A DNA stretch of 29,655 bases, taken from positions 1 to 29,655 of the IMG/VR virus record IMGVR_UViG_3300028405_000014; one strand, written 5' to 3'. This document shows positions 6,301-16,240 of the stretch, in pieces. The stretch's first letter is position 1. Each line of letters opens with the position of its first letter. A model generated the notes under the pieces. It was given only the letters and a program-made list of their open reading frames with translations. It was not told where the DNA came from and did no database searches. This DNA comes from a virus. Lineage: Duplodnaviria; Caudoviricetes. A program made the position numbers and the translations under genes.

Positions 6301-7347
6301 ATGACCACTTCAAAGGAACATACTCTTTCAAAAGAAGAAGAAGAATTTGTTTTGGCAAATTGTAAAAAGAACCCAAACATCAGTTATTTGGCAAAAGAAT
6401 TAAGTGGCGGCAAGTATGACGGAAGAAGCAAACTCGGAAAAGCCATAGCTAAATTTTTAGTAGATAGAAATATTGATTATAAAACTACTAAATATAAAAA
6501 ACTAGATTCTATAAAATTTAACCAAGACCAAATAAATTTCATTACCGATAAAGCTAGAAAAGGAATGAATAGTTTAGAAATAGCTACGTTAATTTTCCCA
6601 AATAAAAATATTAAGCCGCTTTGTTTTGAACAAAAAGAAATTGTTAGGGTTGTAAGAGAGCTGGGTATAGATTCTAATGAAATATTTGATAAAAAGTATT
6701 CCGCTCCAAAATCAATGGGCAAAGTTATACAAAAAATCAACAAATATGTGAATGTTTCTCTTGAAGAAAACAAATTATCGCCAAAATACAAAAAGTCTAT
6801 TGAAAATTTATTAAACTCAATGAACTCGCCGCGATTTGTTTATATGATGAACTCCTATGAAACAATTGAGGATAGAGAAATTTTTGAAAGCAATTTAGTA
6901 AAATCAGTTTGGGACCAGCATGATATAACGGCAGATGAATCAAATCTTTATTTAAATTTATCGGCTGATTATGTTATGCTTAAAGATTTAGAAAGGCACA
7001 GAAAAAAGCTGACTAGATTATTTGATGAAGCAGAAGAAAAAGAGCACTCTGTAAAAATGGCGGAAATGCTTAAAGCAAAAAGTGGGGAATATGCTTCTTG
7101 CGCAGATAGAATCGAAAAATTAATCAACAAACTCAATGGTTCCCGCGCACAAAGAAAACAAAAACAATTGCAATCCAATGAAAGCATTTTGTCTTTGGTC
7201 GAGGCTTTTCAAGATGAAGAGGATCGAAAAAATATCCTCAAACAAGCCAAGATATATGAAAGAGAAAAACAAGACGAGGTGCAAAGACTTGAAACAATCG
7301 ATGAATTTAAAGCCAGATTGTGGGGAATAGATACAAGCTTAATTTAA
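6301..7347 (+). CDS. probable terminase small subunit / HTH DNA-binding protein
   Basis: Two N-terminal HTH-like repeats (LSKEEEEFV...YLAKEL; FNQDQINFI...EIATLI), a C-terminal coiled coil, and a position upstream of TerL. Function inferred from gene order. Confidence 0.45.
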   Translation: MTTSKEHTLSKEEEEFVLANCKKNPNISYLAKELSGGKYDGRSKLGKAIAKFLVDRNIDYKTTKYKKLDSIKFNQDQINFITDKARKGMNSLEIATLIFPNKNIKPLCFEQKEIVRVVRELGIDSNEIFDKKYSAPKSMGKVIQKINKYVNVSLEENKLSPKYKKSIENLLNSMNSPRFVYMMNSYETIEDREIFESNLVKSVWDQHDITADESNLYLNLSADYVMLKDLERHRKKLTRLFDEAEEKEHSVKMAEMLKAKSGEYASCADRIEKLINKLNGSRAQRKQKQLQSNESILSLVEAFQDEEDRKNILKQAKIYEREKQDEVQRLETIDEFKARLWGIDTSLI

Positions 7348-7348
7348 A

Positions 7349-8272
7349 ATGTTAGTTCCAAAAGAAGTGCAGGAAAATATCTGCAAAGAATGTAGAAAAA
7401 AGTTTGATTCCAGAAAGGATCTTCATATGCACTTAAAAGAACATGATATGATAATGGCTGGTTATTATACAAAACATTATCCCAAATACAATCTTTTAAC
7501 TAGGGAGCCAATGCCATTTAAAAAATTAGAATCTTATTTTGCAAAAGATTTTGATAGTAGAGATCAACTATTTGCTTGGCTAGAAAAACAAAACGATAAA
7601 ACAGCAAAAGAATATCTATTCAGTGTCTTAAAAAAAGAAAGGGAATATCGGGAATCAGATATCGCGCCTAATTTTCTTGATTTGCAATTTTCAGAAAGGT
7701 TGCCGCAATTAAGCGTTTACCAAGAAAGCTTTGGTTCTTATATGAGAATCGCAGAAGAAGCTGGTTTTAATATATTTTACGACAAAAAATTACCAAAAAA
7801 TTTTTTCACAAAAGAAATAAACGAAGTAATACAAATAGACACTAGAGAACAATTAGTTTTGGAATTTGAAAAATCTTTCTCAGAAAAACTTGATTATGGG
7901 GATTACTCCTTCTTGGATAGCAAATATTCTGTTGAAAGAAAAAATCTTGCGGATTTGCTTCAAACTCTTGGCAAAAATTTACCAAGATTCAAAAAAGAAA
8001 TAAACAGATGCGTAAAAAACGAAGGCTATATGTTTATAGTTGTTGAGTGCGAGCTTGATGATCTGATTAATTATAACGAAGTAAACAATTTCCCTATTAA
8101 TTTAAAAGCTGTGTATGCAAAAATAAGAGCTTTAACTGATGAATATAGAGAGAATATCCAATTTGTTTTTTCTGGCGGTAGAGAAGAATCTAAATTTTTA
8201 ATACCAAGGTTATTGGATTTTGCCGAAGATTTAAAAAAAGTAGATTTGCAATACTTTATATCAAAATGTTAG
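7349..8272 (+). CDS. C2H2 zinc finger-ERCC4 (XPF/Mus81-type) nuclease
   Basis: CKEC...HMHLKEH finger; IDTREQ, LDYGDYS and VERK...DL are ERCC4 catalytic motifs. Confidence 0.85.
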   Translation: MLVPKEVQENICKECRKKFDSRKDLHMHLKEHDMIMAGYYTKHYPKYNLLTREPMPFKKLESYFAKDFDSRDQLFAWLEKQNDKTAKEYLFSVLKKEREYRESDIAPNFLDLQFSERLPQLSVYQESFGSYMRIAEEAGFNIFYDKKLPKNFFTKEINEVIQIDTREQLVLEFEKSFSEKLDYGDYSFLDSKYSVERKNLADLLQTLGKNLPRFKKEINRCVKNEGYMFIVVECELDDLINYNEVNNFPINLKAVYAKIRALTDEYRENIQFVFSGGREESKFLIPRLLDFAEDLKKVDLQYFISKC

Positions 8273-10191
8273 TAGTAGGAGAACAGAAAAGAAGAAACCC
8301 AAGATTTCATAATATAAATGATGAAATAGAATCTATCGATGGCTATATAGAAGAACATAAAGCCAAAGTTCTCTTGTATAAATTCATGTATCATAACATA
8401 AGATGGACAACAAAGATGATAATGGATGTTGATTTGTATCCTCTACAAGAAATAATGATTAAAACGATGTTTAATACTGATTATACTATTGGTGTTATTT
8501 CGCGAGGTGGAAGTAAAACTTACTTGTCATCTATTTATGCTGGTCTTTATGCTTTGATGAATCAAGGTGTTACTGTTGGTATTCTCGCACCCTCATTTCG
8601 TCAATCAAAAATGATGTTCACAAAATTAGAGGATATCATGAACAATAAAAAAGCTGGCCCATTCAAAAAATGCGTAACAAAAGTCAGCAAAGGAAGCGAC
8701 CAGTGGATAATGGAAATAGGAAGAAGCAAAATTCTTTCTTTGCCGTTGGGAGACGGGGGCAAGCTCCGTGGTTTTCGTTTTAATGTTATTATCTGTGACG
8801 AAATGTTGTTGATGCCAGAAAAGATTTACAATGAAGTTATAGTTCCCTTCTTAGGGGTTGTAGCCGATCCTAGAGAAAGAGAAAGAATCACAAAAATAGA
8901 AGATAAGTTGATAGAACAGGGCCAACTTACCGAAGAAGAAAGAACTGATTTCCAAAACAACAAATTAGTGAGTTTATCATCTGCGGGTTATACTTTTGAT
9001 TTCTTTTATAGACTTTATTCTACATACATAAATTTTATTGAAGATCCTAATGAAGCATTAAAAAAAGCCAAAGAAGCGAATCCAGACAAAGAAATCAATG
9101 ATACCGCAACAAGAGCAGTTTTTCAAGTTGCCCATGATGCTTTACCAAAAGGTTTGCATGACCAAAATCTTTTGAATCAATCCCGCGCAACAATGACAGA
9201 AGCCCAATTTAAAAGGGAGTTCGGCGCTGAATTTACAGACGATAGTTCTGGATTCTTTAATTTAAAAACAATAAAAGAGTGTGCGTTAAACATAGGTGAA
9301 TATCCAATGGTAGAATTAAAAGGGGAGGGTGGAGCAAAATACATTATTGCTTTTGACCCATCTTGGGCTGGTAATGATACGTCAGATGATTTTGCTATTC
9401 ATGTTATAAAACTTGTAGAAGAAAAAAAAGCGGGGATAGTTGTCCATAGCTATGCTTTGAGAGGCCAACAATTAGAGTCCCATATGAATTACTTCTTGTA
9501 TTTATTGAAAAATTTTAATGTTGTCGGGATTATAGGCGACTATAACGGCGGGGATCAATTTATAAAAGCTTGCAATGAAAGCGCTTTATTTAAAGACCAA
9601 AATATTAATCTTGGAATATTTCCTTCTGTCAAAACAGAGAGTGACAATTCTGACGAAGGCAAAAGAGAGAGAAAAAAAGAGCTGCAAAAATTAAAAAGAT
9701 TCTACAAGCCAGACTATAAAGATTATGTGTTTTTAAGAACTCCTTCTTCAAATTGGATAAGACAATCAAATGAAATGTTATCCAAAAGCTTTGAAAAACA
9801 AAAAATACTATTTGCTTCTAGACACAATCTGGAAACAAATATGAAAGAGCTGAAAAAAATAGATCTAAAAAACATAAAATTTGACACAGAATTAAAATAC
9901 AACGACAAAATTGAAGAACAAAGTAAAGTGGTTGATTTCCTCGAAAAGCAAAGCGACAATATAGACTTAACCATAAACGAGACGGCTTTAATTATACAAA
10001 AAGTTTCTGCGCTTGGAAATAGAAGCTTTGACTTACCTGATAGTTTGAAAAGAGACAAAGGTAAGTATAAAACCCGTAAAGACTCCTACTCTGCTTTGGT
10101 GCTTGGGAATTGGTTTGTACAATTATATTATGAGATGAATAATATGTCAGACGAAGAAGAATACGGTGGTTTTACTCCAGTTATGTTTTAA
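8266..10191 (+). CDS. terL: terminase large subunit
   Basis: LYPLQ Q-motif, SRGGSKT Walker A, APSFRQS, LRGFRFNVIICDE Walker B, FKREFGAEF, RNase H-like IAFDPS...DDFA and KDSYSAL. Confidence 0.93.
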   Translation: MLVVGEQKRRNPRFHNINDEIESIDGYIEEHKAKVLLYKFMYHNIRWTTKMIMDVDLYPLQEIMIKTMFNTDYTIGVISRGGSKTYLSSIYAGLYALMNQGVTVGILAPSFRQSKMMFTKLEDIMNNKKAGPFKKCVTKVSKGSDQWIMEIGRSKILSLPLGDGGKLRGFRFNVIICDEMLLMPEKIYNEVIVPFLGVVADPRERERITKIEDKLIEQGQLTEEERTDFQNNKLVSLSSAGYTFDFFYRLYSTYINFIEDPNEALKKAKEANPDKEINDTATRAVFQVAHDALPKGLHDQNLLNQSRATMTEAQFKREFGAEFTDDSSGFFNLKTIKECALNIGEYPMVELKGEGGAKYIIAFDPSWAGNDTSDDFAIHVIKLVEEKKAGIVVHSYALRGQQLESHMNYFLYLLKNFNVVGIIGDYNGGDQFIKACNESALFKDQNINLGIFPSVKTESDNSDEGKRERKKELQKLKRFYKPDYKDYVFLRTPSSNWIRQSNEMLSKSFEKQKILFASRHNLETNMKELKKIDLKNIKFDTELKYNDKIEEQSKVVDFLEKQSDNIDLTINETALIIQKVSALGNRSFDLPDSLKRDKGKYKTRKDSYSALVLGNWFVQLYYEMNNMSDEEEYGGFTPVMF

Positions 10192-10192
10192 T

Positions 10193-10220
10193 TTCTACTT
10201 TCAAAGTAAAATTGTGTAAA
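10193..10220 (+). promoter_or_regulatory. phage late promoter motif
   Basis: TTCTAC-N16-TGTAAA (GTGTAAA at 10214-10220), 7 nt before the portal ATG. Confidence 0.7.
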
Positions 10221-10227
10221 AATATTT

Positions 10228-12246
10228 ATGCCTGAAAAGACAAAAAGACCTTATAAAAAAAAGAATTTAGATTACTGGAACAAGAGATTGGGTAAAGAAA
10301 CCCCTTCAAATACACCTAAAGTTTCTCATTCCGTGTCTTTCGGCGAAGATTGGGAGCCAATGGGTGATGATTCGCCGAATTTATTTAATTCTAATCTCTC
10401 AAAAGCAAGAAGAAACAACTCTACTGGAACAACTGGTTCAAGATTTAATCAGGTTTTTGTTGATAGCAAAGATGCTAGATATCATAATATAGACCAATTA
10501 AATATGCCTTTCAGTACCACAAAACATGGTATAACAATGAGAAAGGCTATTGAGCTTACACAAAAAGCTTATGCCAATATTTCTATTGTAAGAAACACAA
10601 TCGATATTATGTCTGAATTTGCGAATTCAGAAATGTACCTAGAGGGTGGAACAAAACAGAGTCGCGAATTTGTTAAATCTTGGCTAAAAAGAATAAACAT
10701 AGAAAGCTTAAAAGACCAATTTTTCAGAGAATTTTACCGTTCTGGCAATGTTTTTCTTTATAGAATAAACGCAAAATTTTCTTTAGAAGAAATCGCACAG
10801 ATTTCAAAAATTTACAATGTAAAAAGTTTAAATATTCCAATAAGGTATTTGTTATTAAACCCTTATGAAATTTCTTTGTATCACTCGTCTTCTTTCCATA
10901 ATGGTAATTACCAAAAAGCTTTGTCTCAATACGAGTTAGAAAGACTTAGAGATCCAAAAACAGACAGGGATCAACAAATTTTCGATGCACTTCCAAAAGA
11001 AACGCAAAGGCAAATCAAAGAAGGAACTTGGTTGGATGATGGCCTTTATATTGAATTGGACCCAGAAAAGATAAGGTATTCTTTTTATAAGAAACAAGAC
11101 TATGAGCCATTTGGAGTCCCTTTTGTTTACCCAGTATTGGATGATATAAACTGGAAATTAGAGCTTAAAAAAATAGACCAAGCAATATGCCGAACAGTAG
11201 AACAAATTGTTTTGCTTATCACAATGGGTAATGAACCAGAAAAAGGCGGTGTTAATCCTAAACACATCAAAGCTATGCAAAGCCTTTTCTTGAATCAAAG
11301 CGTTGGCCGTGTTTTGGTTTCTGATTATACAACTAAAGCTGATTTCGTTATTCCAGATTTAAAGAAAGTCCTTGGGAAAGAGAAGTACGAGATCGTAAAC
11401 GAAGACATTAAAGAGGGCTTGCAAAACATTATTCTTGGAACTGGTTCTTCTAGTGAGGGTAAATTCGCTAATCAAATGATTAAAACAAAGATATTCTTAG
11501 AAAGAATCAAAGAACCAAGAGCTAATTTTAAAACTTTTATTCAACAAGAAATTGATGATATCTGTGAACAAGCTGGATTTCAAAAGTCTCCTACAGCGGA
11601 ATTTCAAGAAATGAACCTAAAAGATGAAAATGTTGTCAATAGAGTCGCACAAAGGTTAATGGAGTTGGGGATATTAACACCAGAGACTGGAATTGAATTC
11701 TTAAAAACAGGGGTTTATCCTACAAAAGAAAAATTAGAAGAATCACAAAAAGAATTTTTACAACAAAGAGAAGAGGGACTATATAATCCTATTGTTGGTG
11801 GAACTCCAGTGGGGAAAGAAGAAAATGGGGGGGCTGGCGGTGCTAAAAAACCACCTATTTCATCTTCTGGCCGACCTTCTGAATTAGCACAAAAATCTTC
11901 TGCGAGTAAAAAAGAAGTTCTTTATAAAAAAGACATTGCTGATGTTGTTTTTGCAATTTCTGAATTAGAAAAATACGGAAAAGAAAAATACAAACAAAAT
12001 CAAGCAAAAAAAAGAATTACAAAAAAAGATCAAAAGTTTATAGATCATATGGTTGAATCTGTTGTCGCTTCTAGTGAAAACAAAGATTGGCACAAAAATA
12101 TAGAGAAAGTTTCTAAAGACATTAATTTGTTAACATCTTTTGATACCAATCCAGAAATATATAATATCGCCGAAAAATACAATGAAAATATATTCAATTC
12201 CGCTATTATATATCACAGCAAAAAATTTCACAATAAAGATAAATAA
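10228..12246 (+). CDS. portal protein
   Basis: Follows TerL. Portal-like motifs IVRNTIDIMSEF, EFYRSGNVFLY, YEPFGVPFV, LMELGILTPET; extra C-terminal domain after a Gly-rich linker. Confidence 0.85.
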   Translation: MPEKTKRPYKKKNLDYWNKRLGKETPSNTPKVSHSVSFGEDWEPMGDDSPNLFNSNLSKARRNNSTGTTGSRFNQVFVDSKDARYHNIDQLNMPFSTTKHGITMRKAIELTQKAYANISIVRNTIDIMSEFANSEMYLEGGTKQSREFVKSWLKRINIESLKDQFFREFYRSGNVFLYRINAKFSLEEIAQISKIYNVKSLNIPIRYLLLNPYEISLYHSSSFHNGNYQKALSQYELERLRDPKTDRDQQIFDALPKETQRQIKEGTWLDDGLYIELDPEKIRYSFYKKQDYEPFGVPFVYPVLDDINWKLELKKIDQAICRTVEQIVLLITMGNEPEKGGVNPKHIKAMQSLFLNQSVGRVLVSDYTTKADFVIPDLKKVLGKEKYEIVNEDIKEGLQNIILGTGSSSEGKFANQMIKTKIFLERIKEPRANFKTFIQQEIDDICEQAGFQKSPTAEFQEMNLKDENVVNRVAQRLMELGILTPETGIEFLKTGVYPTKEKLEESQKEFLQQREEGLYNPIVGGTPVGKEENGGAGGAKKPPISSSGRPSELAQKSSASKKEVLYKKDIADVVFAISELEKYGKEKYKQNQAKKRITKKDQKFIDHMVESVVASSENKDWHKNIEKVSKDINLLTSFDTNPEIYNIAEKYNENIFNSAIIYHSKKFHNKDK

Positions 12247-12253
12247 ATGTAAA
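12226..12253 (+). promoter_or_regulatory. phage late promoter motif
   Basis: TTTCAC-N16-TGTAAA, 10 nt before the ATG at 12264. Confidence 0.7.
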
Positions 12254-12263
12254 ACATATAGAT

Positions 12264-12698
12264 ATGAAAATTAAATCAGACTTTTTAACAGAAAAAATGG
12301 CTCAAAAATATGCCGATGGGGTCAAAGAAAAATTCGGTTGCGAGCCAACATTAAACAAAGCTTCTGTAGAATATGACATTTCCTATTGGAAAGAAAACAA
12401 AGCGTCTGACATGACAGAAGAAGAAGTTATGGCTTCTACTCCAACTTACGAAGAAATGGATAGAAGTATTTCCTATGTTTACGATCATATGAATTATAAA
12501 TTTGACGCAGTTAGAGAAGAAATGGGCTACTTCATGAAAATCCTCCAAAATCACATGAAAGGACATCTGCCGAACGTAAAAAGTAACGAACAATTATCGA
12601 AAGCTATTAAAGCTCTTGGTTTAGAAGGGGAATACGAAGTTTATAAGCCAATAATTTCTGTGGCAAACAAGAAAACTGGCGAAATCATTGTTGGTTAA
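12264..12698 (+). CDS. hypothetical head-module protein
   Basis: 144-aa ORF with its own promoter motif and a TAATG overlap with the protease gene. Confidence 0.75.
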   Translation: MKIKSDFLTEKMAQKYADGVKEKFGCEPTLNKASVEYDISYWKENKASDMTEEEVMASTPTYEEMDRSISYVYDHMNYKFDAVREEMGYFMKILQNHMKGHLPNVKSNEQLSKAIKALGLEGEYEVYKPIISVANKKTGEIIVG

Positions 12699-14335
12699 TG
12701 TTTGATGAAATTCAAAGAGCGGTATTTAAAAGTAATATCGCAAAAATTGAAGACATTCATTCGAAAGAAGAATTGTGTGATTTTTCTTGTGCAAACTTAG
12801 ATAACATACAAAAAATTGTCGGCAATGAAATAGACTTTTCTAAAAATGTCGATTTGTTGTCTGTGGCCTTCCCAATTACTGTTGTTAATCAAATTAATGA
12901 AAATGGCGAGGCTTTAATTAGCCCAATTGCAACAGAAGTAATCGATTACTTTAAACACAAACCAACAAATATAGAACACAAGCCACAAAAAGTTGTTGGT
13001 CATATGATTGATGTTTCTTTTAATGAAATGGAAACATATGATATCTTAAAACCAAAAGATATTAAAAAAAGAAAAGACCCTTTTTATTTAAGCGCGTCTG
13101 CTGTATTATATAAACTTGGAAACCCAAATTTTATTGATTTAATTAAAAGGTCTTCTGATCCAGAAGATTCAATGTACCAAGCTATATCAGCAAGTTGGGA
13201 AATTATTTTTAAATATTATGCAATCGCAGTTGGCAGCAAAAACATAGAAGAATGCGAAATATACACGGAACCAAAAGACATATTAAAATATAAAAAATAT
13301 TTGAAGAAATTTGGGGGATCTGGAAAACTTAGAGACGGAACTCCAGTGGGGAGAATTATTTTGGGGCCAGCTTTACCAGTTGGGATTGGTTTTACTACTA
13401 ACCCAGCGGCTAATGTTAAAGGCGTATCTGTAAATATTGGCGAAGAAGATTTGATAGAATTAGTAGATAAAAAAACATTACTAAGCATAGATGGAGAAGA
13501 AATAGAAAGTATATTTAATACAGCTAAAAGCGACTCTTGTAAAGAAGAAAATAAAGAATTATTACAATTTTTTGATAAACCAGAAAAAAATATTTCACAT
13601 AATAATAAAAACACTGTAAATAACAACAAATCTAAAAATATGGAACTCGAAAAACAAATCAAACTATTGTCGTCTGAACTTGATAAATTCAAAGATGCCT
13701 TCAAGACTGATAAAGCTGAAGAAACAAAAGCGAATTTAATTAAAGTTGTCGAATCAACTCTTAAAGAAAAAAATCAAGAGTGGGTAGAAAAAATCGAAGC
13801 TGAAAAATCTGCAAGAGAAAATGAAAAAGCTGAAAGACAAAAACTTTCAGACACAGTAGATTCTCTTAAAGAAACAATTGATTCTCTTAAAACAGAAAAA
13901 GCTCAAGCTAATCAAGAAGCTTTGGTTACATCAAGAATGGACGAAATTCTTGAAAAATACGAATTATCGACTGCCGCTAAAAAACAAGTTTTGAATCAAA
14001 TCAAACAAATCGGCGAATCTGACGAAGATTTCGAAAACTATAAAAAAGACACTTTAGAAGTTATTTTTGCATCTTTTGATAAAGAAGCAATTGAAAACGC
14101 TAAAGAAGAAAGAATCGAATCTATTAAAGTAGAAGCTAAGAAATTAGTCGAAGCTGAAACAGAAAAAATTAAAGCTGCTGCTGAAAAAGTTTCTGGCCTT
14201 ACTTTTGAAGAAATTCTTTCTAAAGCAAGCGAAGAAGGAACAGACCTTCCAAATTCACAAAGGGTTGAAGAAGAAGGCGATCTTGTTGATAAGATCGTAT
14301 CAAATCTTAAATCAGAAAACGTAAACGTAAAATAA
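12698..14335 (+). CDS. prohead protease-scaffold fusion
   Basis: N-terminal domain with NENGE, PTNIEH, VVGH, SASWE and GFTTNPAA (His/Ser phage maturation protease pattern); C-terminal E/K-rich coiled coil; lies between portal and capsid. Confidence 0.75.
   Translation: MFDEIQRAVFKSNIAKIEDIHSKEELCDFSCANLDNIQKIVGNEIDFSKNVDLLSVAFPITVVNQINENGEALISPIATEVIDYFKHKPTNIEHKPQKVVGHMIDVSFNEMETYDILKPKDIKKRKDPFYLSASAVLYKLGNPNFIDLIKRSSDPEDSMYQAISASWEIIFKYYAIAVGSKNIEECEIYTEPKDILKYKKYLKKFGGSGKLRDGTPVGRIILGPALPVGIGFTTNPAANVKGVSVNIGEEDLIELVDKKTLLSIDGEEIESIFNTAKSDSCKEENKELLQFFDKPEKNISHNNKNTVNNNKSKNMELEKQIKLLSSELDKFKDAFKTDKAEETKANLIKVVESTLKEKNQEWVEKIEAEKSARENEKAERQKLSDTVDSLKETIDSLKTEKAQANQEALVTSRMDEILEKYELSTAAKKQVLNQIKQIGESDEDFENYKKDTLEVIFASFDKEAIENAKEERIESIKVEAKKLVEAETEKIKAAAEKVSGLTFEEILSKASEEGTDLPNSQRVEEEGDLVDKIVSNLKSENVNVK
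13593..13620 (+). promoter_or_regulatory. internal late promoter for the nested scaffold gene
   Basis: TTTCAC-N16-TGTAAA in the Asn-rich linker, 19 nt before the in-frame ATG at 13640. Confidence 0.7.
13640..14335 (+). CDS. nested in-frame scaffolding protein (231 aa, MELEKQIK...)
   Basis: In-frame Met315, A-rich leader, dedicated promoter motif, entirely coiled-coil composition. Confidence 0.65.
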   Translation: MELEKQIKLLSSELDKFKDAFKTDKAEETKANLIKVVESTLKEKNQEWVEKIEAEKSARENEKAERQKLSDTVDSLKETIDSLKTEKAQANQEALVTSRMDEILEKYELSTAAKKQVLNQIKQIGESDEDFENYKKDTLEVIFASFDKEAIENAKEERIESIKVEAKKLVEAETEKIKAAAEKVSGLTFEEILSKASEEGTDLPNSQRVEEEGDLVDKIVSNLKSENVNVK

Positions 14336-14367
14336 AAAAACACAAAAAATTAAATTTATAAAAAATC

Positions 14368-14964
14368 ATGAGTAAAAGACTAAAACCATATCGCCAAGTA
14401 GCGGAAGAGAACATCATTAACGGATTGTTCTCTGCTGATACACAGACTCTTGATCAAGGAGTTCTTGTTTCTATCTCAGCATCAGACGGCTCTAAAGATC
14501 CTGTTGAGTATGTTGATTCTTCACAACTTGGAAAAACTGATTACGCGCATATCGGTGCAGACATGTATCCTGTTGTTCCTAATAAGTTCACAACCGCAGC
14601 TAGTGGGGCAAGAGCAGCAGACGTTCTTGGTATCACACTTTTCGAAGTAGCATATACTGACGAAAACGGAGAAAAATACCTTTATTACAAGCAAAAAAGA
14701 ATTGAAAATCAAATCTGCTTGAGTGGTGAAGCTGTCCCGGTTGCATCAAGAGGTGTCTTTGAAATTACTAGCGGTAATTACGCTGGGACACCAACTCACG
14801 AAACTTACGCAATCGTAGGCGACGATGGTAAACCAGAAGCTGTTACATACGTTGGTCTAACAGGAATGGGACTAACAATGGAAAACGTAATCGGCAAGTT
14901 CTTGTCAACACCACAAAGCGGTTCTAAACAAGACAACTCGGTTCTATTGAAATTGAACATCTAA
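14368..14964 (+). CDS. probable head decoration / cement protein
   Basis: 198-aa Gly-rich beta-type protein directly before the capsid gene (VLGITL, GEAVPVASRG, VIGKFL). Confidence 0.65.
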   Translation: MSKRLKPYRQVAEENIINGLFSADTQTLDQGVLVSISASDGSKDPVEYVDSSQLGKTDYAHIGADMYPVVPNKFTTAASGARAADVLGITLFEVAYTDENGEKYLYYKQKRIENQICLSGEAVPVASRGVFEITSGNYAGTPTHETYAIVGDDGKPEAVTYVGLTGMGLTMENVIGKFLSTPQSGSKQDNSVLLKLNI

Positions 14965-14987
14965 TTTAAAAAAGGAAATTTAAAATA

Positions 14988-16157
14988 ATGAATATTACAC
15001 TAAAACACACAAAAGATCATGTAGAGCTAGTTAAAGCTATGGCTAGTAACGATATTGCTCTTGCCAACAAAGCTCAATTGGCTGTTGCAGAATTTATTGA
15101 ACCAGTTCTTAACGAGGTTATCAATAAAGCCCCAACCGTTTCAAATCTTTTTGCGACAGAAACTTTTAATGAAGATAGTTCACCAAGTCTTCCTTTGGAT
15201 CTTTATTCCGATATTGAAACAGAGGATCACCTAAGAATTTGGTCGCAAACACAACCGGGCGGGTTGGCAACTAACATGGTACTTCCCCCTCAACAAGAGT
15301 TGAAGTTCATGACTTACTCTCTTGATAGTGCTTACGGTTTCGACAAGAAATACGCAAGACAATCTAGATTAGGGGTTGTTGGAAAAACATTCACAAGAAT
15401 GTTGCAAGAAGTAATGATCAAAGAGGAAAAGACAACTGCTTCTCTTATCATGAGCGCTTTGGCTAATGCCACAACAAACGGTTCAAAACACGTTTTCAGA
15501 ACTGGTATCAAAGGAAGATTTCTTCCTGACGACCTTAACAAGCTTAGAACTCTTTCTAAAAGAATCAACTCTGCTTGGAATAGAGGTACACCAGAAACTC
15601 GTGTAGGTCGTGGTTTCACAGATTTGATTCTTTCGCCTGAAATGATCGAAGAAATCTACGGAATGGCTTATAACCCAATCAACACTAAAGGTAGTATTTA
15701 CACTTCGATTGGAACTCCTAATAACACAACTGCTGGTGACGCCGCAATTGCGGCTCCTGATAGCGTTAGAGAACAAATGTTCAATGCTTCTGGTCTATCA
15801 GAATTCATGGGCGTTTCTTTGATGGAAATCAATGAGTTGGGTGTTGGACAAAGATTCAATGATATCTTTGTAGCAAAAGCTGGTGCGACAACATACGCAG
15901 ACAACTATGCAACCCCAGAAAATGGTGGGAGTGCACAAGCAATCCAAAGTGATGAAGAAATCATCCTAGCGATTGACTTGGGAAGAGACTCACTATTCAG
16001 AATGGTCGCCGTTGATGCAGATAAGGGTTCGCAATTCACAGTTTCACCTGACAATCAATTCATCGTTGATCGTAGAGGTAAGATTGGATTCTACGGGGGC
16101 AGAGAAGCGGGACACGTTATCTTGGATGACAGAGTTCTTACTGGACTTATTTCCTAA
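14988..16157 (+). CDS. major capsid protein (HK97 fold inferred)
   Basis: 389 aa, positioned after protease and decoration genes. TDLILSPE, FMGVSLME and KIGFYG...GHVILD patterns; followed by a strong terminator. Confidence 0.85.
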   Translation: MNITLKHTKDHVELVKAMASNDIALANKAQLAVAEFIEPVLNEVINKAPTVSNLFATETFNEDSSPSLPLDLYSDIETEDHLRIWSQTQPGGLATNMVLPPQQELKFMTYSLDSAYGFDKKYARQSRLGVVGKTFTRMLQEVMIKEEKTTASLIMSALANATTNGSKHVFRTGIKGRFLPDDLNKLRTLSKRINSAWNRGTPETRVGRGFTDLILSPEMIEEIYGMAYNPINTKGSIYTSIGTPNNTTAGDAAIAAPDSVREQMFNASGLSEFMGVSLMEINELGVGQRFNDIFVAKAGATTYADNYATPENGGSAQAIQSDEEIILAIDLGRDSLFRMVAVDADKGSQFTVSPDNQFIVDRRGKIGFYGGREAGHVILDDRVLTGLIS

Positions 16158-16178
16158 GCTAAAAAACAAAACATTTAC

Positions 16179-16206
16179 AAACCCGCCTATTAAGGCGGGT
16201 TTTTTT
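16179..16206 (+). terminator. rho-independent terminator
   Basis: AAACCCGCCT-ATTA-AGGCGGGTTT followed by a T-run. Confidence 0.9.
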
Positions 16207-16226
16207 ATCTCTAATAAACCGAAAAA

Positions 16227-16233
16227 GTGTAAA
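16227..16233 (+). promoter_or_regulatory. phage late promoter motif
   Basis: GTGTAAA just after the terminator, 7 nt before the ATG at 16241. Confidence 0.7.
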
Positions 16234-16240
16234 AAATACT

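Noticed and set aside
8266-10191. Intein or intron in the terminase
   Set aside because: The ORF is continuous, of ordinary length, and has no C...HN splice motifs or LAGLIDADG block.
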